DNA from: Octopus sinensis
Taxonomy: Eukaryota
DNA: 26,167 nt
NCBI RefSeq assembly: GCF_006345805.1
Contig: NW_021835596.1
Coordinates: 1 to 26,167, forward strand
Direction of reading: 5' to 3'
Part shown: piece by piece, positions 10,961-21,266 of the stretch
How positions within the stretch are numbered: position 1 is the first letter of the stretch
How the letters are laid out: the number at the start of each line of letters is the position of its first letter
Translations under genes and position numbers: made by a program
Notes under the pieces: generated by a model
The model's input: the letters and a program-made list of their open reading frames with translations, nothing else
Told to the model about the DNA's origin: nothing
The model's database searches: none

Positions 10961-11017
10961 TATTATTATTATTATAATAATAATAATAATGATAATAATA
11001 ATAATATAATAATGATG

Positions 11018-11069
<52 letters not shown>

Positions 11070-11130
11070 GATGATGATGATGATGATGATGATGATGATA
11101 AATATAATAATAATAATAGTAATAATAATG
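10961..11130. repeat. Compound (ATT)n/(AAT)n/(GAT)n microsatellite
   Basis: Directly visible. Confidence 0.95.
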
Positions 11131-11161
11131 TGATGTTGATGATAAGACAGACAGAAAAAAG

Positions 11162-11437
11162 ATGACTAAAAGTTATTTAAAACCAGAAACGGATTCTCTA
11201 ATCTGTGCTGCCCAAGAGCAAGCATTAAGAACCAGTTACATCAACTACAGAATAGACAACACATCAGAAAGTGATAAGTGCAGAATTCGTAGACAAAATT
11301 GTGAAACCGTATGACATATTACCACTCAATGTACGCCACTAGCCCAGAAAGAATATGAGAGACGTCACGACAATATAGCAAGGATTGTCCATTGGACACT
11401 TGGTAACAAGTATGGACTTGGCAGAGAAAAATGTTAC
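11162..11437 (+). mobile_element. Dong/R4-clade (RLE-type) LINE fragment, zinc-knuckle region
   Basis: One frame with one internal stop: MTKSYLKPETDSLICAAQEQALRTSYINYRIDNTSESDKCRIRRQNCETV*HITTQCTPLAQKEYERRHDNIARIVHWTLGNKYGL. This is the LK.ETE..I.AAQEQ.L.T / CR.C..ET..HI...C..LA..EY..RH...HW signature of R4/Dong elements, with the second Cys lost. Confidence 0.9.
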
Positions 11438-11770
11438 TAACTAAATTGCTACTCTGCTCTTTTCGTGATCAAAGCACCATCGGGAATCATTCTTCGGTAA
11501 TTCTCGAATCAATAGTTCCAGTATTTATGGGCCAATAATATCCAGTGATTAATTTTTGATTTCTCAAATGAATTTTCCCAGAATGATCATGTCCTTTGTG
11601 TAAACCTGTGCAGCGTCGGTTGTTTTCAGGTAAAGCATGTATTTGCACGTCTGTCTGTCTGTTGGTATGTATGTATGTTTGTACATACGTACGTATGCAT
11701 TTATACATGTATGCATGAATGCATGTATATAATGTATCCATGTATCATGTTTACATATATATGTGTGTGA

Positions 11771-11802
<32 letters not shown>

Positions 11803-12013
11803 GTGTATGTATGCATGTATATGACTCTTCTATTTTTTAATTATTATAAATCTTTCACAGAAGAGGGAGCCGGTTTCCAACAAAGATACAAAGCTCCATC
11901 TTTGTTGGAACTTGAGAAAAGTCTTGCACATTTTTACTGTTCCACTCACAGATTGCTCTTGTAATGTACGAATTAGCAGGTCGATATCCCAGTTTATCCG
12001 GATTCTTCTTGTT

Positions 12014-12352
12014 TGTATGTTGTATGTATGTATGTATGTATGTATGTATGTATGTATGTTGTATGCATGTATGTATGTATCATGTATGTATGTTTATGTA
12101 TTATGCATGTATTATGTAGTATGTATGTATGTGTGTGTATGTATGCATGCATGTATGTATGTATGCATGTATGTATGTATGTATGTAGTATGTATGTATG
12201 TAGTGTGTGTGTATGTATGCATCTGTATGTATGTATGTATGTTATGTTTGTGTGTATGTATTCATTATGTATGTGTATGTATGTATGTATGCTCATGTAT
12301 GCATGTATGTATGTATGTATGTATGTATGTAGGTATGTATGTATGTGTTATG
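12014..12352. repeat. Long imperfect (ATGT)n tetranucleotide repeat
   Basis: Directly visible; source of the MYVCMYVC ORFs. Confidence 0.95.
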
Positions 12353-13742
12353 TATTATGTTGATAGGGTTAGATCCAAGCTGCATCCTTTTGACGCACAT
12401 TTGCTTATACCAGTTCTCCAAAATTTTTTGTAAATACGAAATTTATGTGAGGTATGTATAAAAGTTGAAAAGTACAAGAAAATTTTTGTGGAGTAATTAT
12501 ATATCAAAACTGGAGATTTTAAAAACAATTGTGGATATTGTATATTCACCATTGTACATGTTTCGTAGGTTAATAGGAGTTACAAAATTGTATATATAAA
12601 AGAAACATAGAAATTCTTGCAGAGAATCAAATAATACAAAATTCCCATTTCAATGAAGTGTTTATATATAGTAAGTTAATTAGTAATTCATTGATTTTGT
12701 GTGTGTGTGTGTGTGTGTGTTACATATATACATACATATGCTAGAAGTGATATTTTGTTGCAAGTCGTGATTCAAGTCCAGCGCTCTTACAGAAACTATC
12801 ATTAAATTCGACTTTTGATACTATTCATATGTTTTATTAATATCTCCGTCTTTTTTAATGTTCTTTTTCTATTTAATATTTACTATGTGGCACACTGATG
12901 CCTCGTGTTATGCAACACTATGATACAATGGCAGTATTGTGTTATGTAATACTGCGGCACAATGATGTCTGCCATTATATAAAATTTTGGGTACAGATTT
13001 ATCTGGCGTTTAAGTGTCAGACGTTTAAAAATATTTTAGCGAAAAAAGTTGATAGATGTCGATAAACATTTATTATCTCCGAACGATTGCTTAAGATATA
13101 ATTCTATTAATTCCTGCAGAACAATATCTTCATTATTTTTCTGAAATACAAAGATCACAGCCGTTGTTACCCTGATTTAGTTTCTGATAGATTCTGATAT
13201 ACTTTATGACTTAAAGACTTGATGCACATCGATAAATTTCTGACAAAAGATCTTTCGAGAATACTGGAAGTATATTTATGTCGATGATAACTGAAAAGAA
13301 TTTTCGCTTAACTAGATATAATCTTCAGAAATTGAACTGTTAGCTATAAATATTTTCACACAGTAAACAATCGATTTGGGGCGACAAATTATCTAATGGA
13401 CAATTCACGTGGTTAAAACAATTGCACAAACAAGAAAATCTAGACGCAAATATCTGAAGAATATTTCACTATTAATATTATGAAACAGAATTGTGTACAA
13501 CTACAACTTAATTGTCAATCATTTCTATCAAAATCATTCGAACATATGACATTTTAGGGAGGGAATATTCACGTTGTAAGTTTTTAAAATATTCAAAATA
13601 CTTCTGGTAATATTAGGATTTCAAAAATTTACTGAACTAAATCATTCCACACTTAATCTTTTTCTGTGTCAAAAAAGATATAAATAAAAAGTTAATAAAT
13701 TCTTCTTCTGCATCTGGTTGTTAGTGTTGTTGCGGTTATTAC

Positions 13743-13943
13743 AGCGAGCAAGCAGAACCGTTAGCACGAGGGACAAAATGCTTCGCGGTAATTCGTGCTA
13801 TTTAACGTTCTGAGCTCAGATTCTGCTGAGATGAATTTTTCCTTCGGGTCGATAAAGTAAGTGCCAGTTGGGCGCTAGGGTCGATACAATCTACTAACTC
13901 CCTTACCTGAAGTGGCTGGTATTGTGCAAGAATTTTAAAGCAT
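13743..13943 (+). mobile_element. tRNA-derived SINE, type B (diverged)
   Basis: Colinear with 14017-14235: gcaga.ccgttagcacg..ggac.aaatgctt..gggtcgataaag.aagt.ccagttg..gggtcgat. Confidence 0.85.
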
Positions 13944-14016
13944 TGTTGTTGTTGTTGTTATTATTATTATTATTATTATAGCTGGTGTTGTTGCTCTTGT
14001 TATTTTTGTTCTTCTG

Positions 14017-14235
14017 AAGGCGGCGAGCTGGCAGAGCCGTTAGCACGTCGGACCAAATGCTTAACGGCATTTCGTCCGTCTTTATGCTTTGAGCTCAAAT
14101 TCTACCGAGTTGGAGTTTGCCTTTAATCCTTGTAGGGTCGATAAAGAAAGTACCAGTTGAGCACAGGGGTCGATGTGACAAACTTACCCACTCTCTTGAA
14201 ATTACTGGCCTTGTGCCAAATAACAGAAAGAATTA
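14017..14235 (+). mobile_element. tRNA-derived SINE, type B
   Basis: Starts aaggcggcgagctggcagagccgttagcac; homologous to 8178-8382 (-), 13743-13943 (+), 16088-16300 (-) and 16484-16704 (+). Confidence 0.9.
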
Positions 14236-14329
14236 TTGTTGCTATTGTTGCTGTTCACCTAGTTAATCTCTTCCTTAACACCGTTGCTTTCTATGGTTTC
14301 ACTGTAATGAAGGCTTGCCTTAATAACGT

Positions 14330-15230
14330 TAGTATATTTAGGGCAGTATTGGAAAACAGTGTCCTGACATTTTTGACGGAATTATTTATGATGGCTGCAG
14401 GGTGGTTTGAAGCATTATTTATATACTGAATCGTTGTATTTGGATTGTGGGCTGTATTTATTGCTTTCTAAATTTAAGATCGAAGAAATTGGTTATGTGT
14501 AAGTTTGTATCAACAGCAATCTTTAGGCGTAAATCTTTAAACAACTCGGAGCAATTCTTTGAAAATTCTTCTTAGGTCTTCATGTCGCACATTGTTCTGC
14601 TTTCTGACAGATTATTGTAAATTATGAATCTCTCCACTTGTCAGAGAAGGACTCATGTACTTAGCAACCCGATTTGTGAGTAACAGTTTAAACTAATTAA
14701 ATAATTTTGTGATAAGGAATAAACAGCTTCGGGAGATATTTGAAGAAATAAGCATTCTCTGATATAATTACATTCACGTCACTGTCAGATTCCCTCTATA
14801 GAACTGTCCCCTTAACTCGCGGTTCGGAGCAAAGGAAGTCATATCTGTCCATTATGAATGGCATCAAGTTGGAAAATGTTCGCCAACGTATTATTAAACC
14901 TTTGCCAAGTGAAGTGGTGCAACGGTTGAGCTGTGGATTCGAGAGTGTTTACCATCCTGTCTTTCTAAATATGAACTGTTTAAAATCTAAAATTAGAATC
15001 CGATCAGAGACTGTTAAAAGTAATTATTAACAACTTTATGTCACTATCTGTTGCATCATCAAGTGCAGCAGCATCTTAATAAAATGTCTGTCCTCTGATG
15101 AGTTTTTCCTTTTATTTTTATAATCAATTATGGTTAGTTCTTGGTTTTCTGCAGCTAAAAGCAGACATTTTCTTTCTGTTTTTAATCCAAACACTTTTGC
15201 GTTATTCCTCACTCTTACTATATTTTTTCT
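14330..15230 (-). mobile_element. Heavily decayed Penelope-like element, reverse transcriptase region
   Basis: Minus strand with frameshifts: SELFKDLRLKIAVDTNLHITNFFDL (PLE 'FK..GLKITI.TNL.IVNFLDV'), then KYSP/HNPNTTIQYINNASNHPAAIINN (PLE 'Y.PY.KPN....YI...SNHPP.II'). Weaker upstream matches: RESDSDVNV ('K..SDFDVTMG') and KCLLLAAENQELTII ('KCRLINPAKSELG.I'). Confidence 0.8.
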
Positions 15231-15380
15231 TTATATATTATTCCTCTCTATCAAATATTCCAGTATATCGGTCCCGGAATAGTTCTTTATTATAAAAACT
15301 TGCTAACTCAGAACTTCTTCTTAAACTGTCTGACTCTTGGCGAAGCATAAATATAGAACGATCTTCATATATAACATTAT

Positions 15381-15807
15381 TTCTTTTTATCCGTTGCTTG
15401 TTTCAGTCATTAAGACTGCGGCCATGCTGGGGCACCGCGTTGATGAATGTTTTTTCTAGGGAAATGAATCGACTCTAATACTTGTTTTAAAAGCCTGTTA
15501 CTTATTCTGCCCGCCGTTTTGCCGAACCGCTGTACAACATGGATGTAAACACTCCAATACCGGTTGCTAAGCGGCGGTGGGGAACAGGCACACGCACATA
15601 TACACCCACACACGCACACAAAAACACACACGCACACACACATTTATATAGAGTACGGGTTCCTTTCGGTTTCCTTCAACTAAATCCACTTACAAGCTTT
15701 TGGTCGGCTCGAGTGTATAGAAGACGACACTTGCCATGCAGTGGGACTGAACCTAGAACCATGTGGTTGGGAAAGAAGCCTTTCACCACACAGCCACGCC
15801 TGCGCCT
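15381..15807 (-). mobile_element. tRNA-derived SINE, type A, full length with internal (CA) tract
   Basis: On the minus strand begins aggcgcaggcgtggctgtgtggtg.. with a B-box-like ggttcagtccc; the 5' half matches 20190-20352 and the 3' half matches 19411-19612. Confidence 0.9.
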
Positions 15808-16087
15808 GTATCAGTTTTCATATGTTCTAACATTGGTATTGTTATTTCTGATGTTATTTCTGTTGTTTCGTTCCGTGCGCAACGAATGCGTCCCGTGAGT
15901 TGTCTCATTTTCTTGGGTGGAGGCCATGTGTTTTGAGTCGTGGAATTGGTGTTATGGGCTTTAGTGCAGGGTCGTGTGCAATATGTGAGTTGTTGGTGTT
16001 GCGGTATTCAGTATTGATTATGTAAGGGTTTGGTGCTGGGATTTTTTATTTAGTTGTGGAGAGAATATGTCTCGCGTTATGTGTTAC

Positions 16088-16300
16088 TTTATTGGTTTCG
16101 AATTTTGGCACAATGCCAGCAGTTTCGAGTGAGTGTCCAAGTCATTTACATACACCGCAGTTCTCAAATGGTACTTATTTTGTCGACTGCGAAAGGAGGA
16201 AAGGTAAAGTCGACCTGGAGAGAATGTGAACTCAGAACGTCAAGACGGATGAAATGCCGTTATGAATTTAATCCGGCTTACTATCCATTTTCCCATCGAC
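16088..16300 (-). mobile_element. tRNA-derived SINE, type B (diverged)
   Basis: ttttggcacaa.gccagca, ggtacttatttt.tcgac, aaggtaaagtcgacc, tgaactcagaac match the reverse complement of the other type B copies. Confidence 0.85.
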
Positions 16301-16483
16301 GTTTCGACATATTCCCCGGATGATATAGCGGTCAAATGAGAAATGAATTTATGTTAATATTCTCAATTTGCCCTTTATTACTATACATTACCATAATATA
16401 TTATAACGCATTGTTATTAGAATAAATTATTATAATACATTATAATGAGAAATTATTATACTGTATTGTTATCACACATTATC

Positions 16484-16704
16484 AAGGCGGTGAGATGACA
16501 GAACCGTTAACATGCCGATTAAAATGCTTAGCAGCGTTTCGTCCGTTTTACGTTCTCAGTTCAAATTCTGCTGACCATGACTTTGCTTTTCCTCCGTACG
16601 AGATCGATTAAATAAGTAGTAGTTGAGTTCTGGGGGTCAATGTAAGGGATCACAAAAAAAAAAAAAAAAATCAGGTCTAGTACTTGTTATAGAAAAGGAT
16701 TATT
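16484..16704 (+). mobile_element. tRNA-derived SINE, type B
   Basis: aaggcggtgagatgacagaaccgttaacatg..aaaatgcttagc..ttcgtccg..agttcaaattct; an A18 run lies within the 3' part. Confidence 0.85.
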
Positions 16705-17686
16705 ACCACATATGATAATCCGTTTACCACATTTGACTAATCCAATGTGTCTTGGCTGAATTTATTAACAAATTTTATTAGAGTTTCCAACTGTCTCAGT
16801 CATAAATATTTAAAAAAAAATTTTCCATATTATTTATCGATTTCTTGTGGACCTTGTGATGACTGCCAGTGATTATTTCATTCTGTAGATTTGTTAATGA
16901 TCTCAGGAGAATGGTACATGTGATAAAGACCCAACCAGGTGATTATTTTCTTCTTGAGGTTACACGGCAAGTTTTAATCCTCGTCTCTGGTTCTCCTCAT
17001 CGTTGTTTGTTTCTGTTCATTTTGACAAGGCTCGGTTGACGTAAATGCAAATACTGTTACATTCGACAGTCGTCAACGACTTTGAACGGTTTAAGCGTAA
17101 AGTTAATAGCATTCATATCGAAGGGATTTTGGAGGATCATCAAACTTCATGGGCATAGTTCTTGCTAGAACCTCTAGAGTAAACCAGAACAAATCAATAT
17201 TATAAAAAACTGAAATGAAAATATATTTTCATATATTTTCAACAACGACACACTTAAAATTTTAAGTGTCAGATTTTCCCCCATCACAACACCGAATATC
17301 AATTCTATGGCCGCCCAGTTGGTTTGATATCAATGATAAAACTAATAAAAGAGGTGGCAGATTATCTGCAGATATTCTCTCCTACCGAAAGTTGGAATTA
17401 CATTTTCCTGTCACGCGCTGCGGAACCCAAAATGTGAGTGCTAATGGCAACACTGAATATAAATCATACATCCAAGTGACATCCGAAAGGGACCGACATT
17501 TTAAATTGAAGGGACACCCTTCTTCCTTCGGATGCACGTTTTCAAATCAACCGCGCCAGGATTTAATTACAGGCGTCAACGATTTCAAAACCTACCTCGA
17601 ATATCAATGATATATTCAATAAGAATATAGACGATTAACCAACGCAGACGGTAATTATTCTTGCTTTTCGTGAAATCACAGTTTAA

Positions 17687-17754
17687 GGCAATGGTTGCCG
17701 AGGCGCCATCTTGTATACTATTAATTGTATCAGAACTTCATATTACTGACGTCA
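17687..17754 (-). promoter_or_regulatory. Promoter-like motif cluster: CRE, YY1/CTCF-core, X-box-like half site
   Basis: TGACGTCA (17747-17754); CAAGATGGCGCC on the minus strand (17702-17713); GTTGCC (17694-17699); within a locally CpG-richer unique stretch; minus-strand donor GAG|GTAGGT about 100 bp downstream at 17596/17595. Confidence 0.4.
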
Positions 17755-18015
17755 TCGTGGCATCCGCAGAATCGAGAATTAGTGTTTACTCAGAGTAGAG
17801 GCGCAAAAGAAAGCACTCATGTGTATGTGTGTGTATACGTACAGAGAGAGGGAGAGAGAGAGAGAGAGAAATGCACACATATAATCATATGTGTGTATAT
17901 ATATATATATACAACGTTGTCAAACTTTGGTGGGGTATAGACACGCACATACATATACTCATACGCACGCACACACACACACACACACACACACAACACA
18001 CATATATCACACCTT

Positions 18016-18377
18016 GCACTCCGTCGGTTACGACGACGAGGGTTCTAATAGATCCGATCAACAGCCTGCCCGTGAAATTAATGTGCAAGTGACCGAGTAC
18101 TCCACAGGCACATGTACCCTTAGGGTAGTTCTCAGAGAGATTCAGCGGGACAAGGCTGGCCCTTTGAAATACAGGTACAACAGAAACAGGAAGAAAGGGT
18201 GAGAGAAAGTTGTGGTGAAAGAGTATAGCAGAGTTCGCCACCACCCTCTGCCGGAGCCTCGTGGAGCTTTAGGTGTTTTCGCTCAATAAACACTCACAGC
18301 GCCCGGTCTGAGAATCAAAACCACGATCCTACGACCTCGAGTAGGCTGCCCTAACCACTGGGCCATTACGCCTCCAC
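18016..18377 (-). mobile_element. tRNA-derived SINE with head type C and the tail of the 7832-8153 element
   Basis: 18183-18377 reverse-complements to the head of 9272-9647; 18016-18175 reverse-complements to the tail of 7832-8153. Confidence 0.92.
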
Positions 18378-18399
18378 ACACACACACACACATATATAT

Positions 18400-18456
<57 letters not shown>

Positions 18457-18937
18457 CAGCGGGACTTAATTAACAGGCGTCAACTATCTGAAAGCCTACT
18501 TCGACTATTACGCCTGCGCCTGCGTCTATGTGTTTATTTTTAGTGCGTCTAGCTCTCCTGTGACTGTCGTAATATAGTGACCCGTCCCATGAGATATATG
18601 TGTGAGTGTGTGTGTGTGATTGCTAGAACAAAACTGATTTTTGAGTCATCAAAGTATAAGCTTCAATGGTTGCGTATCACTTTAAAACCTCTTATCTGCT
18701 GTGAACGGTAAAACGTAACGCTGTCTAAGATGAATCGCAGTTTGGACAATATTATTTGATGTTTGAAAGTCAATTGATCTTAATAAATTGTGTGTGACTG
18801 AGGATAGAACGCATTGTTGTGTGGGTCAAGCAGTCCATTGTAGAACATCTCGGGTACCTGTTTTCTATAACAGAATCAGATCGACCAATGTCTCGTGACA
18901 GAATTTCGTGGACAGAAACTGTGTTAAAGACAATTCG

Positions 18938-19083
18938 TATACATACATACATATATACATGCATACATACATACATACATACATACATACATGCATGTAT
19001 ACATGCATACATACATGCATGCATACATACATACATACATACATACATGCATACATACATACATACATACATACATACATACA
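18938..19083. repeat. (CATA)n tetranucleotide repeat
   Basis: Directly visible. Confidence 0.95.
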
Positions 19084-19410
19084 TTAATAAACATAAACAT
19101 GTGTTTGTGTGTGTATAAATAAATGCATGTATATATATGTGTGTTACGGAGTGTGAGCGCTAAGCAGTGATGTATACAGAGGCAATATTATTACCAGTTC
19201 GAATAGGCTTGAGGCAAGTTCGAAACCGTAAGCAAGCTATTCACTGTATTTTATCATGGAGAAAATTTCTTACTGTGGACAAATGGTGTAAATACACCTA
19301 AATCAGCTCGCGGCGCCACCTATCCAGACAGTGAGATGCAAGCATTTCGGAGTGGTTATCTCCTCTTCAGCTACCGAAACCAAACAGAGTGCGCTGCAAG
19401 CTGTTCATAT

Positions 19411-19612
19411 TTGTGCCCCACCCAATGTTACTTGAATAACCGGTGTTTGCATGTTTACATCACCGTAACTTAAAAACAAGGTAGAATAATTAACAGATTT
19501 AAAAGGAAACTAACAACAAAAGCTAACTACTAGGATCGATTTGTTCGGTTAAGACATTACAAGGCGCTGCCGCAGCATGGCCGCAGTTCAAGGACTAAAA
19601 CCAGTCAGACAC
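19411..19612 (+). mobile_element. SINE type A, 3' half only
   Basis: aaccggt.tt..tgtttacatc.ccgt, gcagcatggccgcagt..actaaaac match the reverse complement of 15381-15590. Confidence 0.75.
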
Positions 19613-20189
19613 ACAAGATATCCGATTCTTAAATACTCGTCCTTTCCATTCAAAACTCTCCGTTGTTTTGACACGTAACTCTATAGAAATAATTTATACA
19701 CAGACCTTCTCACACACAACACGTATCCAAATACATCATATATGTATTCACAAGTAAGGAATATGTAATTAAAATTTGAAATAATGCCAGAACACCTACA
19801 AAACAATATACAGCACATAACCCAGATACTGACAAGGCAAATCAACCAGCTTCAAATATCAAAAGGCAACCTTTAACAATCTGACGATTGTCGTCTACAA
19901 TCTGAAACCTGTTGGTCATTGTGAAATATTGAAATATTGAACATTGCTCTATAAATGTAGTTTGTTCGTCCTATTCTGTGCGATCGGAGCACAAAGCATA
20001 ACGTAAATGCTATTCGCTTAGTTTGTCGTTCTACCTCTGTCTGTCTGCCTCTCTCTCTCTCTCTCCCCGCCATATATATCTATACACACACACACACACA
20101 CACAATAACTTTTGCTTGTCTATTTTGTCCCTCTGTCTTATCTCAGACACCCTCATTTTTAATTGTAAAAATTATATATATATATATAT

Positions 20190-20352
20190 AGGAGTGGCTG
20201 TTTGGTAAGACGCTTGTTACCCAACCACATGGGGTTCCGGGTTCAGTCGCACTGGGTGGCACCTTGGAAGAATGTCTTCTATTATAGCTTCGGGACAACC
20301 AAAGCCTTGTGAGTGGATTTTGGTAAACAAAACCTGAAAGAAGCCCGTCGTA
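20190..20352 (+). mobile_element. SINE type A, 5' half ending in its internal microsatellite
   Basis: aggagtggctgtttggtaag..ccaaccacatgg..ttccgggttcagtcgcactg..aagccttgtgagtggattt..gaaagaagcccgtcgtatata. Confidence 0.9.
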
Positions 20353-20622
20353 TATATATATATATATATATATAACATACACACACACACACACACACCC
20401 ACTATATATATATATATATATTATATACATACAATGTACATACATATATATATATAATAGGTAATTTTTTACTTACATACATAAGTGTATATGTTCCAAA
20501 GATCGATTGAGTCGCCATGTGGTATGAAATATGAATTTTCAAGATGTCTTACTATTTTCTCACATTGGTTTCACCACAACTTCTTCATTTAAAGTAATAA
20601 AAACAGATACAGCAACAAAACG

Positions 20623-20665
<43 letters not shown>

Positions 20666-20819
20666 CAACATTTCCTTATACGAATCGATTGTGTACATGT
20701 TCATATGTATCTCTGTGTGTGTGTGTGTGTGTGTTTATGTTAAATATTTCCTGTATTTCCTTTTGTTATTCCGCGGTTTGACATCCACTGACAGGTGAAT
20801 ACTAAAAGAACTAGTATAT

Positions 20820-21065
20820 ATGCATGAATGTATGTGTTTATCTATATACGTAATGCACACATATATATGTGTGTGAATATATGTGAATATATATATTCAC
20901 ACACACACACACACACACACACATACATATATAATCGTACAACACACGTGTAAATATAATATAGTATATTTATGTGTATGTCGCTGTTTTCTGAATATCT
21001 ATACATGTGTAATATATTTATAATATATATAAAAAGTATATATATATATATATACAGATATACAT

Positions 21066-21102
<37 letters not shown>

Positions 21103-21266
21103 CAGATATACATTGACATATATCGTCATATGGATATATAATTAAATACGAATGCATATGTTTGCGTATGTATAAACATATTTATAGCATAAACATACAC
21201 AAACATATATAGTATGCATATATTCACATACACACACACACCTCACACACACACACACATATATAC
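20820..21266. repeat. Compound (TA)n/(CA)n/(TG)n low-complexity block
   Basis: Directly visible. Confidence 0.85.

Noticed and set aside
12360-12660. Possible non-autonomous DNA transposon relic
   Set aside because: Feels repeat-like but no TIR, TSD or second copy is visible in the window.
17266-17610. 114-aa ORF with LHFPVTRCGTQ (ZP-N-like F..P...CGT) and donor AAT|GTGAGT at 17434
   Set aside because: Lacks the upstream cysteines of a ZP-N domain and the nearby acceptor is purine-rich; not enough support.
17596-17735. Minus frame QDGASATIALNCDFTKSKNNYRLRW resembling Ig strands B-C
   Set aside because: No start codon or good acceptor, and the following residues are not Ig-like.
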